DNA of 22,159 nucleotides from Chiloscyllium plagiosum (lineage: Eukaryota), in assembly GCF_004010195.1 (NCBI RefSeq), contig NC_057718.1:84050924-84073082 (forward strand), given 5' to 3'. Made by a program: the position numbers and the translations under genes. The notes under the pieces were generated by a model. That model was given only the letters and a program-made list of their open reading frames with translations, ran no database searches and was not told the origin of the DNA. Positions within the stretch are counted from its first letter, which is position 1. Each line of letters begins with the position of its first letter. This document shows, piece after piece, positions 10,416 through 21,743 of the stretch.

Positions 10416-11225
10416 TGAACAGCTTTCCTAAATTGAACTAGTCCCATTTGCCTGTGTTTGGTCTATATCCTTTCTAAACCTTTCCAAGTATCTGTCCAAA
10501 TGACTTTTAAATGTAATTGTACTAGCCTCCACCACTTCCTCTGGCAGCTCATTCTATACACGCACAACTCTGTGTGAAAAGGTCCCTTTGAAATGTTTTC
10601 ACTGTCACTTTAAACTTATGCCATATAGTTTTGGACTCCCATACTCTGAGAAAAAGACCTTGGCTATTCACCTTATCTATGTTCTTCATGATTTTATAAA
10701 CCTCTATAAGGTCACCACGCAGCCTATTCAGCATCTCCCTCTCGCTCAAACCCTCCAGTCCTGGCAATATCTTCATATATTTTTTCTGCACCCTTTCAAA
10801 TATAGCAACATCTTTCCTATAGCAGGGAGACCAGAACTGAACACAATATTCCAAAAGTGACTGTACTGCCATAACATGACCTTCCAATTCCTATATTCAA
10901 TGGACTGACCAATAAATTTACTACTGCTGTAGAAATTTGGATAATTTGTAACTAAATAAATGTTTGTAAGATTATGGAATGATTGGTTCCACTCATCAGC
11001 TGGCTTTTTCATGTAATATTGATACTTTCCCTCTTATGCAGGGTCTATTAGATTGTGACAATTTTAAGTATGTGAGCTAAATTCTCATTACAGCACACAT
11101 TTCAGGATAAGTGCTCCCACCAACACAGCCTCCCATCTGCAACACATGATGAATGCCTCTACATAATTTGATCAGGATACAACAAGAGATGGACAGACAG
11201 AATATTCCAGTTAATGTTGTATTGT

Positions 11226-11231
11226 TTTATT
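11226..11231 (-). promoter_or_regulatory. Probable MORN2 polyadenylation signal AATAAA
   Basis: tttatt on + lies ~170 nt downstream of the MORN2 stop codon. An ATTAAA variant is also present at 11323-11328 (-). Confidence 0.6.
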
Positions 11232-11401
11232 AAACATGTTAGAACCAACCAATTGAATGATTTCATGTAAACCAAACAAAATTTGTATAAGGCAGATTCT
11301 TTGAAATAAAACTATATTTTTCTTTAATGTTTTAGTTGCATAAAAAGTACTTTAAAAATCAAATGCCAACATTCCAGGAACAAGTTTCATCCGTTCAGGA
11401 A

Positions 11402-11504
11402 TTACATATCCATTTTCAACTTGAGAGCTGGTGCAGCTCTGTTATGAAATGTGCCAACCCATTCATAACCTTCTGAATCTATGAACTTGCCTTCCCCTTC
11501 CAAT
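11402..11504 (-). CDS. MORN2: MORN2 last coding exon (103 nt to stop), not in the ORF track
   Basis: Acceptor ttcttcctttgcag|A. The phase matches the upstream exon (AA|A = Lys). Reads LEGEGKFIDSEGYEWVGTFHNRAAPALKLKMDM*, matching the recalled MORN2 C-terminus [33 protein letters not shown]. Confidence 0.93.
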
Positions 11505-12915
11505 CTGCAAAGGAAGAACTTATGAGAAGGTATATATTTGAAATTGCATTTAAATTTTCTCTACATAATTTTACATTAGAAATACTATCAAGTAGAATGG
11601 AATGAACATTGTAGAATATAGATAAACTATATAGAATATAGATAATGGCTTCTTAAAAGGTCAGTTTTTATGCATGTTAGTGAGTTCTCAAAGGAATCAG
11701 TAATCATAACATACAGACTATTAATCTTTAAAATCTCATTGATTAATTTAAAAAGTCTTGGGACATAATTTTCCCAGGCCTTGAACAGCATAGGGAATCG
11801 TGAGAAAGTCAGAAAAGTACATTGAGAATGAAAAAAATCAAATTCCCAGTATCAAGAAAAAGAATTACAATTTTGTGGTAACTTCCTTATTTCAATACAT
11901 TTGAATCTCATAAATGGCTAATCTCACCTCCTTCTATGCAGCTCCCTATCCTTCCTGAGAAAATAGAATGTGAGAATACCAATTTCTGATAGCTCGTCCC
12001 TCACTTCACTAGACCTTCATCCAGCAACAATGTCACTATCACTTAGCTTTGCTTGCCTCATGGTGACACTCCTCTTTCACCCTTCCTCCAAGCAAGTGGG
12101 CATCACCAAGTACTAGCCTCATCACATCATGATAGTTACTATTAGTCAACTCACACCCCTTCAGCCTTTCAGAACTCCACTTTGGAATTCATGAACATTT
12201 AAGCCTTGCATTCTTCTCCAAGTTGTCTTGCACACATTAATACACATGCAGCACATGCATTTACATAGGATTCATCTTATGCCTGTTAGCTTGTTTTCTT
12301 AGCATTCACTCACTTTATGCTTAATTTGAAACTTAGCATTTCTGGTTTGCAATGACTTTTAGCACAGACAGAAGGGCAGGTGGCTTGACATGCTTGGGCA
12401 GCAATGAACAGTCAAGGGGATAGACATGTTGCAGCATGCATCATACTACATCAATTTAGCTTCTGGCATTTGCTGTAGGTATTAATATGATAAACACACA
12501 TGCTTCAACCAAAATGCCATGCCTGAAATTCAAAAAGTACCAATCTACAGAGAGGCCCAAGGGGCACTAAAATCAGTCAGAGTGTATCATCATAGTCAGT
12601 CAATGGGTTTGTCTGATTACAGTACTGAGATTGGCAATGATCAGTCAGCCTCTTGGTCTTACTGCTGTCCGGGATCATTCTATTTGGTATCCAGGAATTG
12701 GGTTCCATTCAGTGCTCGGTCAAGCCCAGTTTGTTAGAAGATTACAGGTAAGTCTGTTGGGAAGCTGAAGGGACATCAGTACAGGGGCTATCACTACAAG
12801 TCAGTCCTGAGGGTTTGGCAATAATGGTCAGAGTCTCATCAGAAAGAAGTCTAGTTGGGCAAAGTGAGAAGTTCACATTTGAGGCAAGGGTGATACTTGT
12901 GATTTAAACTGTGTG

Positions 12916-13202
12916 ATCATAGAATTCCTACAGTGTGAAAGCAGGCCATTCAGCTCATTGAGTCCACACCAACCCTCTGAAGAGCATTCCACCCCTATTT
13001 TATCCCTGTAACCCCACTAATCAAGCCAATCTACCATCCCTGGATACTTCAGGGAATTTAGCATAGCCAATCCACCTAAACTGCACATCTTTGGAATGTG
13101 GAAGGAAACCAGAGCACCTGGAGGAAACCCACGCAGACACAGGGATAATGTGCAAACTCCACAATTGAATTTGGGTCCCTGGTGCTGTGAGACCACCATG
13201 CC
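12916..13202 (-). mobile_element. HE1-like (V-SINE) tRNA-derived SINE with internal deletions
   Basis: Contains the V-domain-like core GTCTGCGTGGGTTTCCTCCAGGTGCTCTGGTTTCCTTCCACATTCCAAAGATGTGCAG on -. Homologous to 20986-21301. Confidence 0.88.
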
Positions 13203-13299
13203 ACTTATACATACTTTTAAACATGAATTATCTGTACATCTGAAGGAATAAATAATTAACTTGAGTGTTTCTGTCGCAATGGTGATTTTTAAAAAACCG

Positions 13300-13880
13300 T
13301 TATGAGGATGACGTTTTTAAGCCCTTTAATTTACCATAGGGCATCTGATGTAATAAGATCAACAATTGTGTATCAAGGTTTCTTGAGAAGTGTCTGGAGT
13401 TTTTTAAGCTTGAGTGAAACCTGTATAGTTTAGAGAGAAAGACCCTTTTCAGTTTTGGTAGTTTGGCAGATATTTTCAGGTGTTAAGTTCTTGAGAAAGG
13501 GAGAAAGCAGTTAAGATTTATTAACACTAGATTACCTTATGGTAAGGAAGTACTGAAAGCTCCATACTGGACACGTTTAGATAAAACCCTGGGATTTGTC
13601 AAGGAATGTTTTGGGTTTAATGAGATTATATTTCACTGCGTGTTTCAAAATCTTACAACACAAATTTAAAGTAAATAGCCTGGTTTGTTTTTATTTCTTT
13701 ATTTCTCTGGTTTAATATATTTATGTTTATTTGTTAAAAATAAATCTGCATTATTGGATGCTTATGTTTCACTGAGTAACCACCACATCAAAACCAAAAC
13801 AAAATACAATATGATCTGTCAAGCCAAATTTCAGTTAGGGATCGGAATTGTCCAGTAATAGCATCAACTGGGATCAGAAT
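13300..13880 (+). mobile_element. Probable degenerate solo LTR (Gypsy-type)
   Basis: Ends in gggatcggaattgtccagtaatagcatcaactgggatcagaa, resembling shark LTR 3' termini as recalled. Boundaries are uncertain and no TSD was found. Confidence 0.35.
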
Positions 13881-14056
13881 GTGTGGAGAGGATAATGACA
13901 ATGACAAGTGGCAATTCTAAATATAAGGGTGGAATCTTACATTGTATTGGGAGTCGGGGTATGGGGCATTGTGTGATGATTTTATTTTTACATGTCACAA
14001 CCACTTTGACTTCAGTGGAACCAGAGAGGATATGACAATGCAATAAGCCAAATACT

Positions 14057-14285
14057 GAGAAAGTGAAGACTGCAAATGCTGGAGATCAGAGTTGTGAGTG
14101 TGGTGCTGGAAAAGCACAGCAGGTCAGGCAGCATCCCAGAAGCAAGAGAATCGACATTTTGGGCATAAGCCCTTCATCAGGAATGAGGCTTGTGGGTCGG
14201 GGCTGAGAGATAAATGGGAGGGGGTGGGGTTGGGGGGAGGTAACTGGGAAAGCGATAGGTGGATGAAGGTGAGGGAGAAAGTGAT
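14057..14285 (-). mobile_element. Penelope-like terminal fragment with inactivated hammerhead (14149-14184)
   Basis: Minus strand CTGATGA-A-GGGC-TTAT-GCCC-AAAA-TGTC. Homologous to 8834-9045. Confidence 0.72.
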
Positions 14286-14307
14286 CACCTTCTCCACTTG
14301 CTTATCG

Positions 14308-14438
14308 TTGGACTGTGGGAGAAAACCAGAGCACCTAGTAGAAACCCACGCAAACTCCTCACCGACAGTCAAGCTGAATCAAACCCGGGTTCCTGGCACT
14401 GAGGCAGCAGTGTTAACTACTGAGACAGCATGCTGAGC
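14308..14438 (-). mobile_element. HE1-like SINE, 5' portion
   Basis: ttggactgtgggagaaaaccagagcacc..gaaacccacgca..aacccgggttcctggcactgaggcagcagtgttaactactgag matches the head and core of the other copies. Confidence 0.8.
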
Positions 14439-14999
14439 CATCTTGGCCTCAAGCAATCCTGGAAGTTCCATTTCTTATAATATTTGAATCCTTGTCATCT
14501 CTGTAAAGTTGATGGTCACAGGCAAGGTTATAAGCGTTGCCTGCATTTGCCAATATTTCACAAGTTTCATTACTACATGCCTTGGAGTGGCTATCTTTGC
14601 ACCTATATAATGTAAGAATGTGGTCAGTTATAGTCAGCGGTGCATTTTTTGGATATGTTGGTGGGTGGAGGGACAAATGAGCCTTATAACCTTCTTATGG
14701 TGTTTGATTAAATGGCTTGAGCCACATGTATCTCAATAAAGTGAAGTATGCCAGAAATCCATGAAAAGACATTACATTGTCCTTTTTCTGACAGGGATCC
14801 ATGCAATATGTTTTATGGCTGAAAGTGAAACCTCGTTTGTGTTTGCTATGATTGCTCAGGCATCACATTATGGAAACATTATTATGGTTTTGATATTCCC
14901 CACATAGTATCAATGCACCCATCCTGAATGCATGCAGCAAGGGTTGGTTGTATTGTCCCTGTTGCAAACCCATGCAAATAGTGCAGGAGAAGGTATAAC

Positions 15000-15642
15000 G
15001 TGACTGATAGTAAGTTACATTGACGGCTGGAGAAGGTAAGCACCACTGACAAACCTACCAGGTGTTCCTGTGCCTGTATATGCAGTTTCATAAAATTATT
15101 AATATCCAATGCCACGGGGTGATGTTTTGACTGAGCCTGAACAAATGCCTGGTCTCCAGTCCTCTGAATGCTCATGATTGGGGGCATTTTTTCCTTGACC
15201 AGCTGCAGAGTGTAGAAGATCAATGACTTTCATCCTGCACTGACCCTGGCTGCTACCTAGGTCCAGGCTGGTTTCATCTGGTTGGGTAGTGTTCTTTGAC
15301 AGTTCTCTCCACCATTCTGCCCACCAGCTTCTCCAAATCCCTGTTGAAAAAGCAAGGCTCAAGCTTTCCTTTCAAGCCCGATAATCGTCGAGCACACACG
15401 TAGATGGGCAGTTGCTGGCTTTCAGTGTCTGAAGTACTATGGAGCTGGGCTTTAATTTGGCATCAGTGACACGTATACCGGAACATCCCAGCAGTAGCAA
15501 ACACTTCCATCACTACTTCTGAACAAACTGGTTGCATAATGAATGAGTTGAAGAGCAGACAACTGCTTGATAAAAATTGGCGTGAGAATCCCCACCATGA
15601 ATTTGTCATAAACAACACTCAAATTTAGGGAAAACCCAGTTC
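15000..15642 (-). mobile_element. Second Harbinger-like remnant with Myb/SANT pseudogene
   Basis: Minus strand with frameshifts: FNRDLEKLVGRMVER / PAWT*VAARVSA / QCRMKVIDLLHSA / KEKM..QRTG. Start gaactgggttttccctaaattt versus gaactgaatttcccaaaattt at 5827, and actgatgccaaattaaagcccagct versus actgatgccatattaaaatgcagct at ~5999. Confidence 0.65.
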
Positions 15643-15742
15643 TTGGACTTTGATGCTGAGCGAGAAATAGTTAAGAATAAGCTTGGATACTTTCAAATGG
15701 CTACCAACGTCTGATTTGAAAGTAACCAAACTCTTAGGAATA

Positions 15743-15956
15743 CAGGTAATTCTGCTATAATGTGTGTTTCGTCAACGTGAATTCACTGGAACGTGATTGA
15801 TGAATTGATGCTATTTGCAATGCACACTTTTAAAACATACGTTGGCTGTAATGCAATTGCATCGCTAATGCTTTAAGCGCTGTTTTGAAGATGTGATTTT
15901 TCTATAACGCAGGGTTGGATAAGAACATAACTATTGCGTTATGAAAGAACTGACTG
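15743..15956. mobile_element. Tc1/mariner Tigger(pogo)-type MITE, 214 bp
   Basis: TA flanks at 15741-42 and 15957-58. Imperfect TIRs CAGGTAATTCTGCTATAATG versus reverse-complemented right end CAGTCAGTTCTTTCATAACG. Internal AACG(C/T)G subrepeats. Confidence 0.72.
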
Positions 15957-16590
15957 TATACAAATGAATGACTGATAGTTAGGAATTATTACTATTCCTA
16001 GAAAGGCCTGTCTAAGGGCTGATTGCATTTACATTGAAATTTATCATCCAGAATAGATAGGCCACAATGAGATCTTCAAATATTTCTGCATGGGAATTAG
16101 GATTTCTTAACTACAGGTATTGATAGAGAAAAAAAACTTAAATCAGAACATAGTTTTGCAAAGAAGTGGATTGAAACCCTCCCCTCCCGTTATACCATCC
16201 ATTCCCATGATCCCTTACACAATCCATATCAATTCTCCCAGAATCCACCACTAGTAAACTTCAGGAGCCATGTTGAGATGAAATAAAATAAAGGTCTAAA
16301 AAATTTATATGACCTTCACTACCTTAAAAAACCTCATATGTGAAAGCCTATTTTTAATCTCATTTGGTTAATCTCTAATAAAAATTAACGTTTATTCATA
16401 ACTCCACAAAACCAGCTAATTTTTAAAATCAATGTCAACAAATAGCTCTGTAATTGTTTCAAGAGTTTTTTAACTCTTGCTGGAAACCTTTTTTATTTTT
16501 TGAAGGGCATGGTATTTAAATAATTTTACATCATTACAGTTAATCAGGCTTTATCTGTCCTTTAAGAGTCTTTCTATATAGCTATTCCAA

Positions 16591-16941
16591 AATCACAGAA
16601 TCAGAATCCCTACAGTGTGTAAACAGGCCTTTTGGCCAAACACCAAACTTCCGCAGAGTATCCCACCCAGACCCAACTCCCTACCCCTTCCCTGTAACCC
16701 AGCATTTCCCATTGCTTATGCACCTAATCTATATATCCCTGAACACTATGAGCAATTTAGCATGTCCAATCCAGCTAACCTGCACATCTTTGGACTGTGG
16801 GAGGAAACTGGAACACCTGGCAAAAACCCATACAGACACGGAGAGAATGTGCAAACTCCACACAGACAGTTGCCCAAGAGTAGAATTGAACTGGGTCTTG
16901 GCACTGTGAGGCAGCATTGCTAACCACTGAGCTACCATGCC
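16591..16941 (-). mobile_element. HE1-like SINE, full length
   Basis: tRNA-like head GGCATGGTAGCTCAGTGGTTAGCAATGCTGCCTCACAG, V-domain-like core and CR1-like tail ending (GATTCT)-type repeats. Confidence 0.9.
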
Positions 16942-17504
16942 TATAAATTCATGACTTCAGCACTGCTACAGCAAAAATGAGGACATTTGCACTGAGTTCA
17001 GGGGGTCTAGCTGAATTTGGATTTCCCTGATCCCTTTCTCCGACCAGCAAAAAAATGGGATCTATCAGAAGTGGACTTGAGAACTCCATACTTAGGACCT
17101 GCCTTCTGTTTTGGGAGTGCTGCAGAGTCTCCATGATTCCAGATATAAATTGCTGGACTCAAACTTGTAAGAGTCAGTTTGTATTGTGTCACAGGAAAGG
17201 GTCAATTACTTCAGAAATCCAAAACAAGGATGTTATTAGTAAAATTAATTTATTTCTACTTCATTGTTTCCAGTTGAAGACCTAAAATACAAGAATTTCT
17301 TTCTTGCAAATGAGACTATGAGTACAGAAGCATAGTAGTTACATATTGGAATACTAAACGTTGGCCTGGGCGAATATTGCACAGAACTTTTTTTATCCCC
17401 TCAGCAGTTTGAAAATGAACTCTAATTTTAAAAATGTGGAAATAAAATTGTGCTATTAGTGTAAGAACGAATAAACAGAAACCAAACTATTTCACTATTT
17501 TTCT

Positions 17505-17700
17505 GTTAGGAAGAAAATCTTCCTCCTCCCTTGACCTGACTTTCATGTGACTCCAATGCAACACCAAAGAGGTTGATTCTTAATTGTTCTCCAAAGTAGT
17601 TGAGCAAGCACTCAACTACATCAAAACTGGCAACTAGAGTTGGGTAATTAATATCCACTTTACCAATGATGCTCGGATCTTGAGAATTAATTAATTTAAA
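17505..17700 (+). mobile_element. SacSINE1/DeuSINE-like SINE 3' portion, degenerate
   Basis: catgtgactccaatgcaacaccaaagaggttgattcttaattg..agcaagcactca..ggcaactagagttgggtaattaat resembles the recalled shark SINE 3' region. Confidence 0.5.
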
Positions 17701-18262
17701 GAAAGGAACAAGGAGTTGCTTGCACTTGATAGGCAGTCCTATCAAGGCAGTCCTAATAAAGGCAGTATACTTGAACGATAAATAGTAATTTTAGACTGTA
17801 AGCATATTGCCAACTACTACATTGTGAGCAGAGAGAATGGGGCTATGTTCAATTACTCATATCGTTTGTCGCAGAGTATGTATTAGGATTGCAACCTTCC
17901 AGAATCATCCTGGAGTCTTCCCAAAATTTAAGATTTACCTCCAGATAACCAAGGAGAAAAATCATAGGCGCATTATGAAACAAGTTATTTTCTTTCAATA
18001 TTTTTGCTTATCAGACATAAAGTTGTGATTTCGGAAAGAAAAAAACTAGTTAGACTATTAAGACAAAGAGTCTGTTTGCTTTCCAATTGATATAAAATGG
18101 CATTGCACAGTAAAAATGGACATATTAGTTGATCACTGGAGAGCACATGCAATGCATCCAATCTGTGTTTATAATATGGTGTGTATCTATAGAAACCTAT
18201 TTTTGCATATCTTCCTCTCTAACTAAATAACCAGATTCTATTTTAATGTCTACAGTCACTCA

Positions 18263-18460
<198 letters not shown>

Positions 18461-18477
18461 TTATTACTTTTTTATTG

Positions 18478-18720
18478 AAGGAACAAAGGAACTGGAGTAT
18501 ATCAGTCTTTGAGCTTGTACCCCTAATCATAACTAGACTATATCTTAACTTCATTGACTTAGCCTGCTTCCTTGCCTAATAACAATTTATCAATTCTAAT
18601 CTGAAAATTTTCAATTTGCCCAGCCACAACATCTCAATTTGGAAGACTTCCAGGTTTCCAGTATCCTTAGTATGAATAAGTACTTCATGATATTATCAAT
18701 GAATAAGTTTATTACCTTCT
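18478..18720 (-). mobile_element. Old degenerate CR1-type LINE 3' end
   Basis: gaacaaaggaactggagta..ttttcaatttgcccagcc..ttccaggtttccagtatccttagtatgaataagtacttc resembles reverse-complemented CR1 ends. Confidence 0.4.
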
Positions 18721-19129
18721 TCAGTCACGTCAAATGCCCTGAACATACAGGGTATCTCGAACTTCACAAACAGGAAAAAAATGAATGATAAAAAATCAGA
18801 AAATAAATGAACCAACTTACAAAATAAATTGACCTTTTGGTACAAATTCACAAATTACTTAAATCCTTTGCTTCAGTATATCTCACACCATTACCATGGA
18901 AATATGCCAAGATTGTATCGGATATGAAAAAGTAATCTCATATTGGAATCATCTGCCCAAAGTAGGTTCATGGGTAGTTTACAGGCCAGCAGAGTCAGAT
19001 GACTTTGCCATAATAGTAGGACATGCAGGCAAGATTACGGGGAGACATAAAATGTCCAGAAGACAGTGTGTGGATACAGAAGACATGGGCCCAGTGAATA
19101 CTTTGTATCAGGCTTCACAATGGAAAAGA

Positions 19130-20182
19130 ATGATGCACGTATAGACATTAAAATAGAGAGGTTTATGGTGAGATGGGAAAGATTTAATAGGGACCCAAGG
19201 GACAACTTAGGTTGTGGTGGTGCTTGTATGGAATGAACTGCCAGAGGAAGTGGTGGAGGTTGGTTCAACTACATTTAGTGAACATAGAGGTATAGCTAGT
19301 AGGTTTGCAGATTACACCAAAATTGAAAGTGTAGTAGACAGTGAAGACGGTTACCTCAGAGTACAACAGGATCTTGATGAGATAGGCCAATGGGCTGACC
19401 AGTGGCAGAAAATGGTTAATTTAGATAAATGCGAGGTGCTGCATTTTGGAAAGGCAAATCAGGGCAGTACTTATACATTTCAATGATAAGGTCCTGGGGA
19501 GTGTTGCTGAACAAAGAGACCTTGGAGTGCAGATTCATAGTTCCTTGAAAGTAGTCACAGATAGATAGGATAGTGAAGAAGACGTTTGGTATGCTTTCCT
19601 TTATTGGTCAGAGTATTGAGTATAGGAGTTAGGAGGTCATGTTGCGGCTATATCGGACATTGGTTAGGCCACTAACCATTGTGTGCCATTCTGGTCTCCC
19701 TCCTCTAGGAAGGATGTTGTGAAACTTGAAAGGATTCAGAAAAGATTTACAAGGATGTTGCCAGGGTTGAAGGATTTGACCTTTTGGGAGAGGCTGAATA
19801 GGCTAGGCTGTTTTCCCTGGAGCATCGGAGGCTGAGGTGTGACCTTACAGAGGTTTATAAAATCATGAGGGCCATGAATAGGGTAAATAGACACGGTCTT
19901 TTCCCTGGGATGGGGAGTCCAGAACTAGAGGGCATAGGTTTAGAGTGAGAAGGGAAAGATTTAAAACTGATCTAAGGGACATGTGTGTATGGAATGAACT
20001 GCCAGAGGAAGTGGTGGATACTGGTACAATTGCAACATTTAAGAGGCATTTGGATGGGTATGTGAATAGGAAGGGTTTGGAGGGATAAGGGCCGGGTGCT
20101 GGCAACTGGGACTAGATTAATTTAGAATATCTAGTCAGCAAGGATGAGTTGGACTGCTGTACATCTCCTCTATGACTGTGAC
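19130..20182 (+). mobile_element. CR1/HER1 LINE: short 3' piece (~19130-19270) fused to a longer RT-to-tail fragment (~19285-20182)
   Basis: SRFADYTKI..QQDLDEIGQWADQWQ..NLDKCEVLHFG, later FWSPSSRKDVVKLERIQKRFTRMLPGL. WNELPEEVV occurs twice (19228 and 19989). Tail ctctatgactgtgac. Confidence 0.92.
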
Positions 20183-20254
20183 ATATTGGAAGTTATCACT
20201 AGAGAGGAGGTACCAGAAGGTTTGGCAGCCTTAAAAATAGATAAATCAGCAGGA

Positions 20255-20773
20255 GTAGTTGCAGTTCTGGTCACCACATTATTGAAAGGATATGGTTGCG
20301 CTAGATAGGATGCAGAGGAGATTTACTAGGTTGATGCCTGGACTAGAGGCTCTCATTGTTGAGGAAATATTGGATAGGCTGGGTTGTTTCCGAAGGAGCT
20401 GCAAAAGTTGAGAGAGGATCTGATGGAGATGGATAGATAGTGAGGAGTATCAATAGGGTGAATAGGAAGGTAATTTCTCCATTAGGAGAGGGGTGAATAA
20501 TTAACGGGTACAGATTTCAGACAAGTGGTTAAAGGCTAAGAAGAGAGTTGAGGAAAACTTTGTTCACTCTGATGGTGATGGAGTCATGAATTCACTGCTT
20601 GAAAGGGTGTTAATATCAGAAATTTCTATCATATTTTAGCAGTATTTAGTCATAGTCACCAAGACTATGGCCCAAGAGTGGGAAAATGTGATTAATGTGG
20701 TCAGATCTTTGTTGAACAGCATAGAGTGATGGACCGAATGGTCTTCTTCTGTGCTTTAAACACTTATGATTCA
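20255..20773 (+). mobile_element. Older CR1 subfamily 3' fragment
   Basis: QFWSPHY*KDMVALDRMQRRFTRLMPGL motif with stops. Tail gatggaccgaatggtcttcttctgtgct..tatgattc. Confidence 0.82.
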
Positions 20774-20985
20774 TGTATTGTGTTCCAGAAATTTTTCTTT
20801 ATAAACAGCATAAGCTGCAAATTCACACAAGTACTACTATAAGACCAGAAATTTAACCAATTGTGGAGCACACAACTCCAGATCAGTTCTTAGGTCTGTC
20901 AGTCCTGATTAAAATAGAGGTACTTTACAATGCAGCGAAATGTTTATTTACTGTTCCAGATGAGAGTACTATGCATTCCTATTAA

Positions 20986-21301
20986 TTTAGATTAGATTAG
21001 ATTACTTACAGTGTGGAAATAGGCCCTTCGGCTCAACAAGTCCACACCGACCCTACAAAGAGCAACCCACCCAGACCCATTCCCCTACGTTTACCTCTTA
21101 TCTAACACTACAGATAGTTTAGCATGGCCAATTCACCTGACCTGCACATCTTTGGACTGTGGGAGGAAACCAGAGCACCCGGAGGAAACCCACGCAGACA
21201 CGGGGAGAATGTGCAAACTCCACACAAACAGTTGCCCGAGGTAGGAATTGAACCCAGGTCTCCGGCGCTGTGAGGCAGCAGTGCCAATCACTGTGCCACC
21301 G
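20986..21301 (-). mobile_element. HE1-like SINE, near full length and young, with (TAATC)n tail
   Basis: Head CGGTGGCACAGTGATTGGCACTGCTGCCTCACAGCGCC, B-box GGGTTCAATTCC, V-domain-like core and tail gtaagtaatctaatctaatctaaa. TTTAGATT occurs at both junctions (20986-93 and 21302-09). Confidence 0.92.
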
Positions 21302-21523
21302 TTTAGATTCAATGTTTATTGTATTAAAAGAATCGCTTATCATTCAACAAAGTGAGAGCTCATAACACATTGTGCGTGTAGCATTGGTACAGTCACATTC
21401 ACATTCCAATCATCAACTTTTCAATCATCTCGATGTGTGAATGTTTTACAAACTGCTTTTGAAAGAGTTTCTCTTTTCAATGACATTGAAAGTTGTTAAT
21501 ATCAACCAAATAATTTGGAATAA

Positions 21524-21655
21524 AAAACAAACAAGAAATACACAGCATGTCCAGAAGCATTGTGGAAAAAGAAACAAAGTTAAAGGCTCTAAGTCTGTGA
21601 TGTGAACAGGTCAAAAGATGTGAGACTTGCTGAATATTTCTCGGTTGTATTTCAG
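21524..21655. mobile_element. Highly degenerate PLE-terminus-like remnant
   Basis: gaaatacacagcatgtc and gacttgctgaatatttc form imperfect inverted arms resembling another shark PLE end. No hammerhead core remains. Confidence 0.3.
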
Positions 21656-21743
21656 GGTTGCTCTGCTGTGCTTTATTGAGCTAATTCCAGACTTACCGTC
21701 AAATTTATTTCACTTTTTTTTCCCAATTGCTGCACGCATAATT

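Larger units (their letters stand above)
10058..10915 (-). mobile_element. CR1/HER1 LINE 3' fragment, interrupted by a PLE insertion
   Basis: ORF 10549-10887 reads LEYCVQFWSPCYRKDVAIFERVQKKYMKILPGLEGLS...LRGDLIEVYKIMK. The tail continues across the insertion (ccatgc-tgaacagc-tttcctaaattgaactagtccc). Confidence 0.9.

Noticed and set aside
11612..11645. 14-bp direct repeat TAGAATATAGATAA
   Set aside because: Low-complexity slippage duplication with a 6-nt gap and no element inside.
11760..12800. Possible further ancient DNA-transposon remnant
   Set aside because: Only a vague terminal resemblance, with no peptide motif or paired TIR found.
14057..14284. GAGAAAGTGA at both ends as a TSD
   Set aside because: The same motif starts the sibling copy at 8834, so it is probably element sequence.
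17731..17767. AGGCAGTCCTA repeated ~3 times at 14-15 nt period
   Set aside because: Short local tandem duplication with no spacers of CRISPR size, in a eukaryotic context.
18850..18910. Minus-strand YFHGNGVRYT peptide resembling a MORN repeat
   Set aside because: No convincing splice sites, it runs into a stop, and it does not match the expected upstream MORN2 exon (..YTGSWKDDK).
20925..20980. Minus-strand ECIVLSSGTV after an AG as a possible upstream MORN2 exon
   Set aside because: Similarity ends after ~10 residues at a stop, with no polypyrimidine tract or donor.
21240..21301. tRNA-like A/B boxes as tRNA genes
   Set aside because: These are SINE heads with no complete cloverleaf.
21690..21740. 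Strong minus-strand donor ACG|gtaagt
   Set aside because: Upstream frames show no MORN2 similarity and no acceptor was identified. A cryptic exon cannot be supported.
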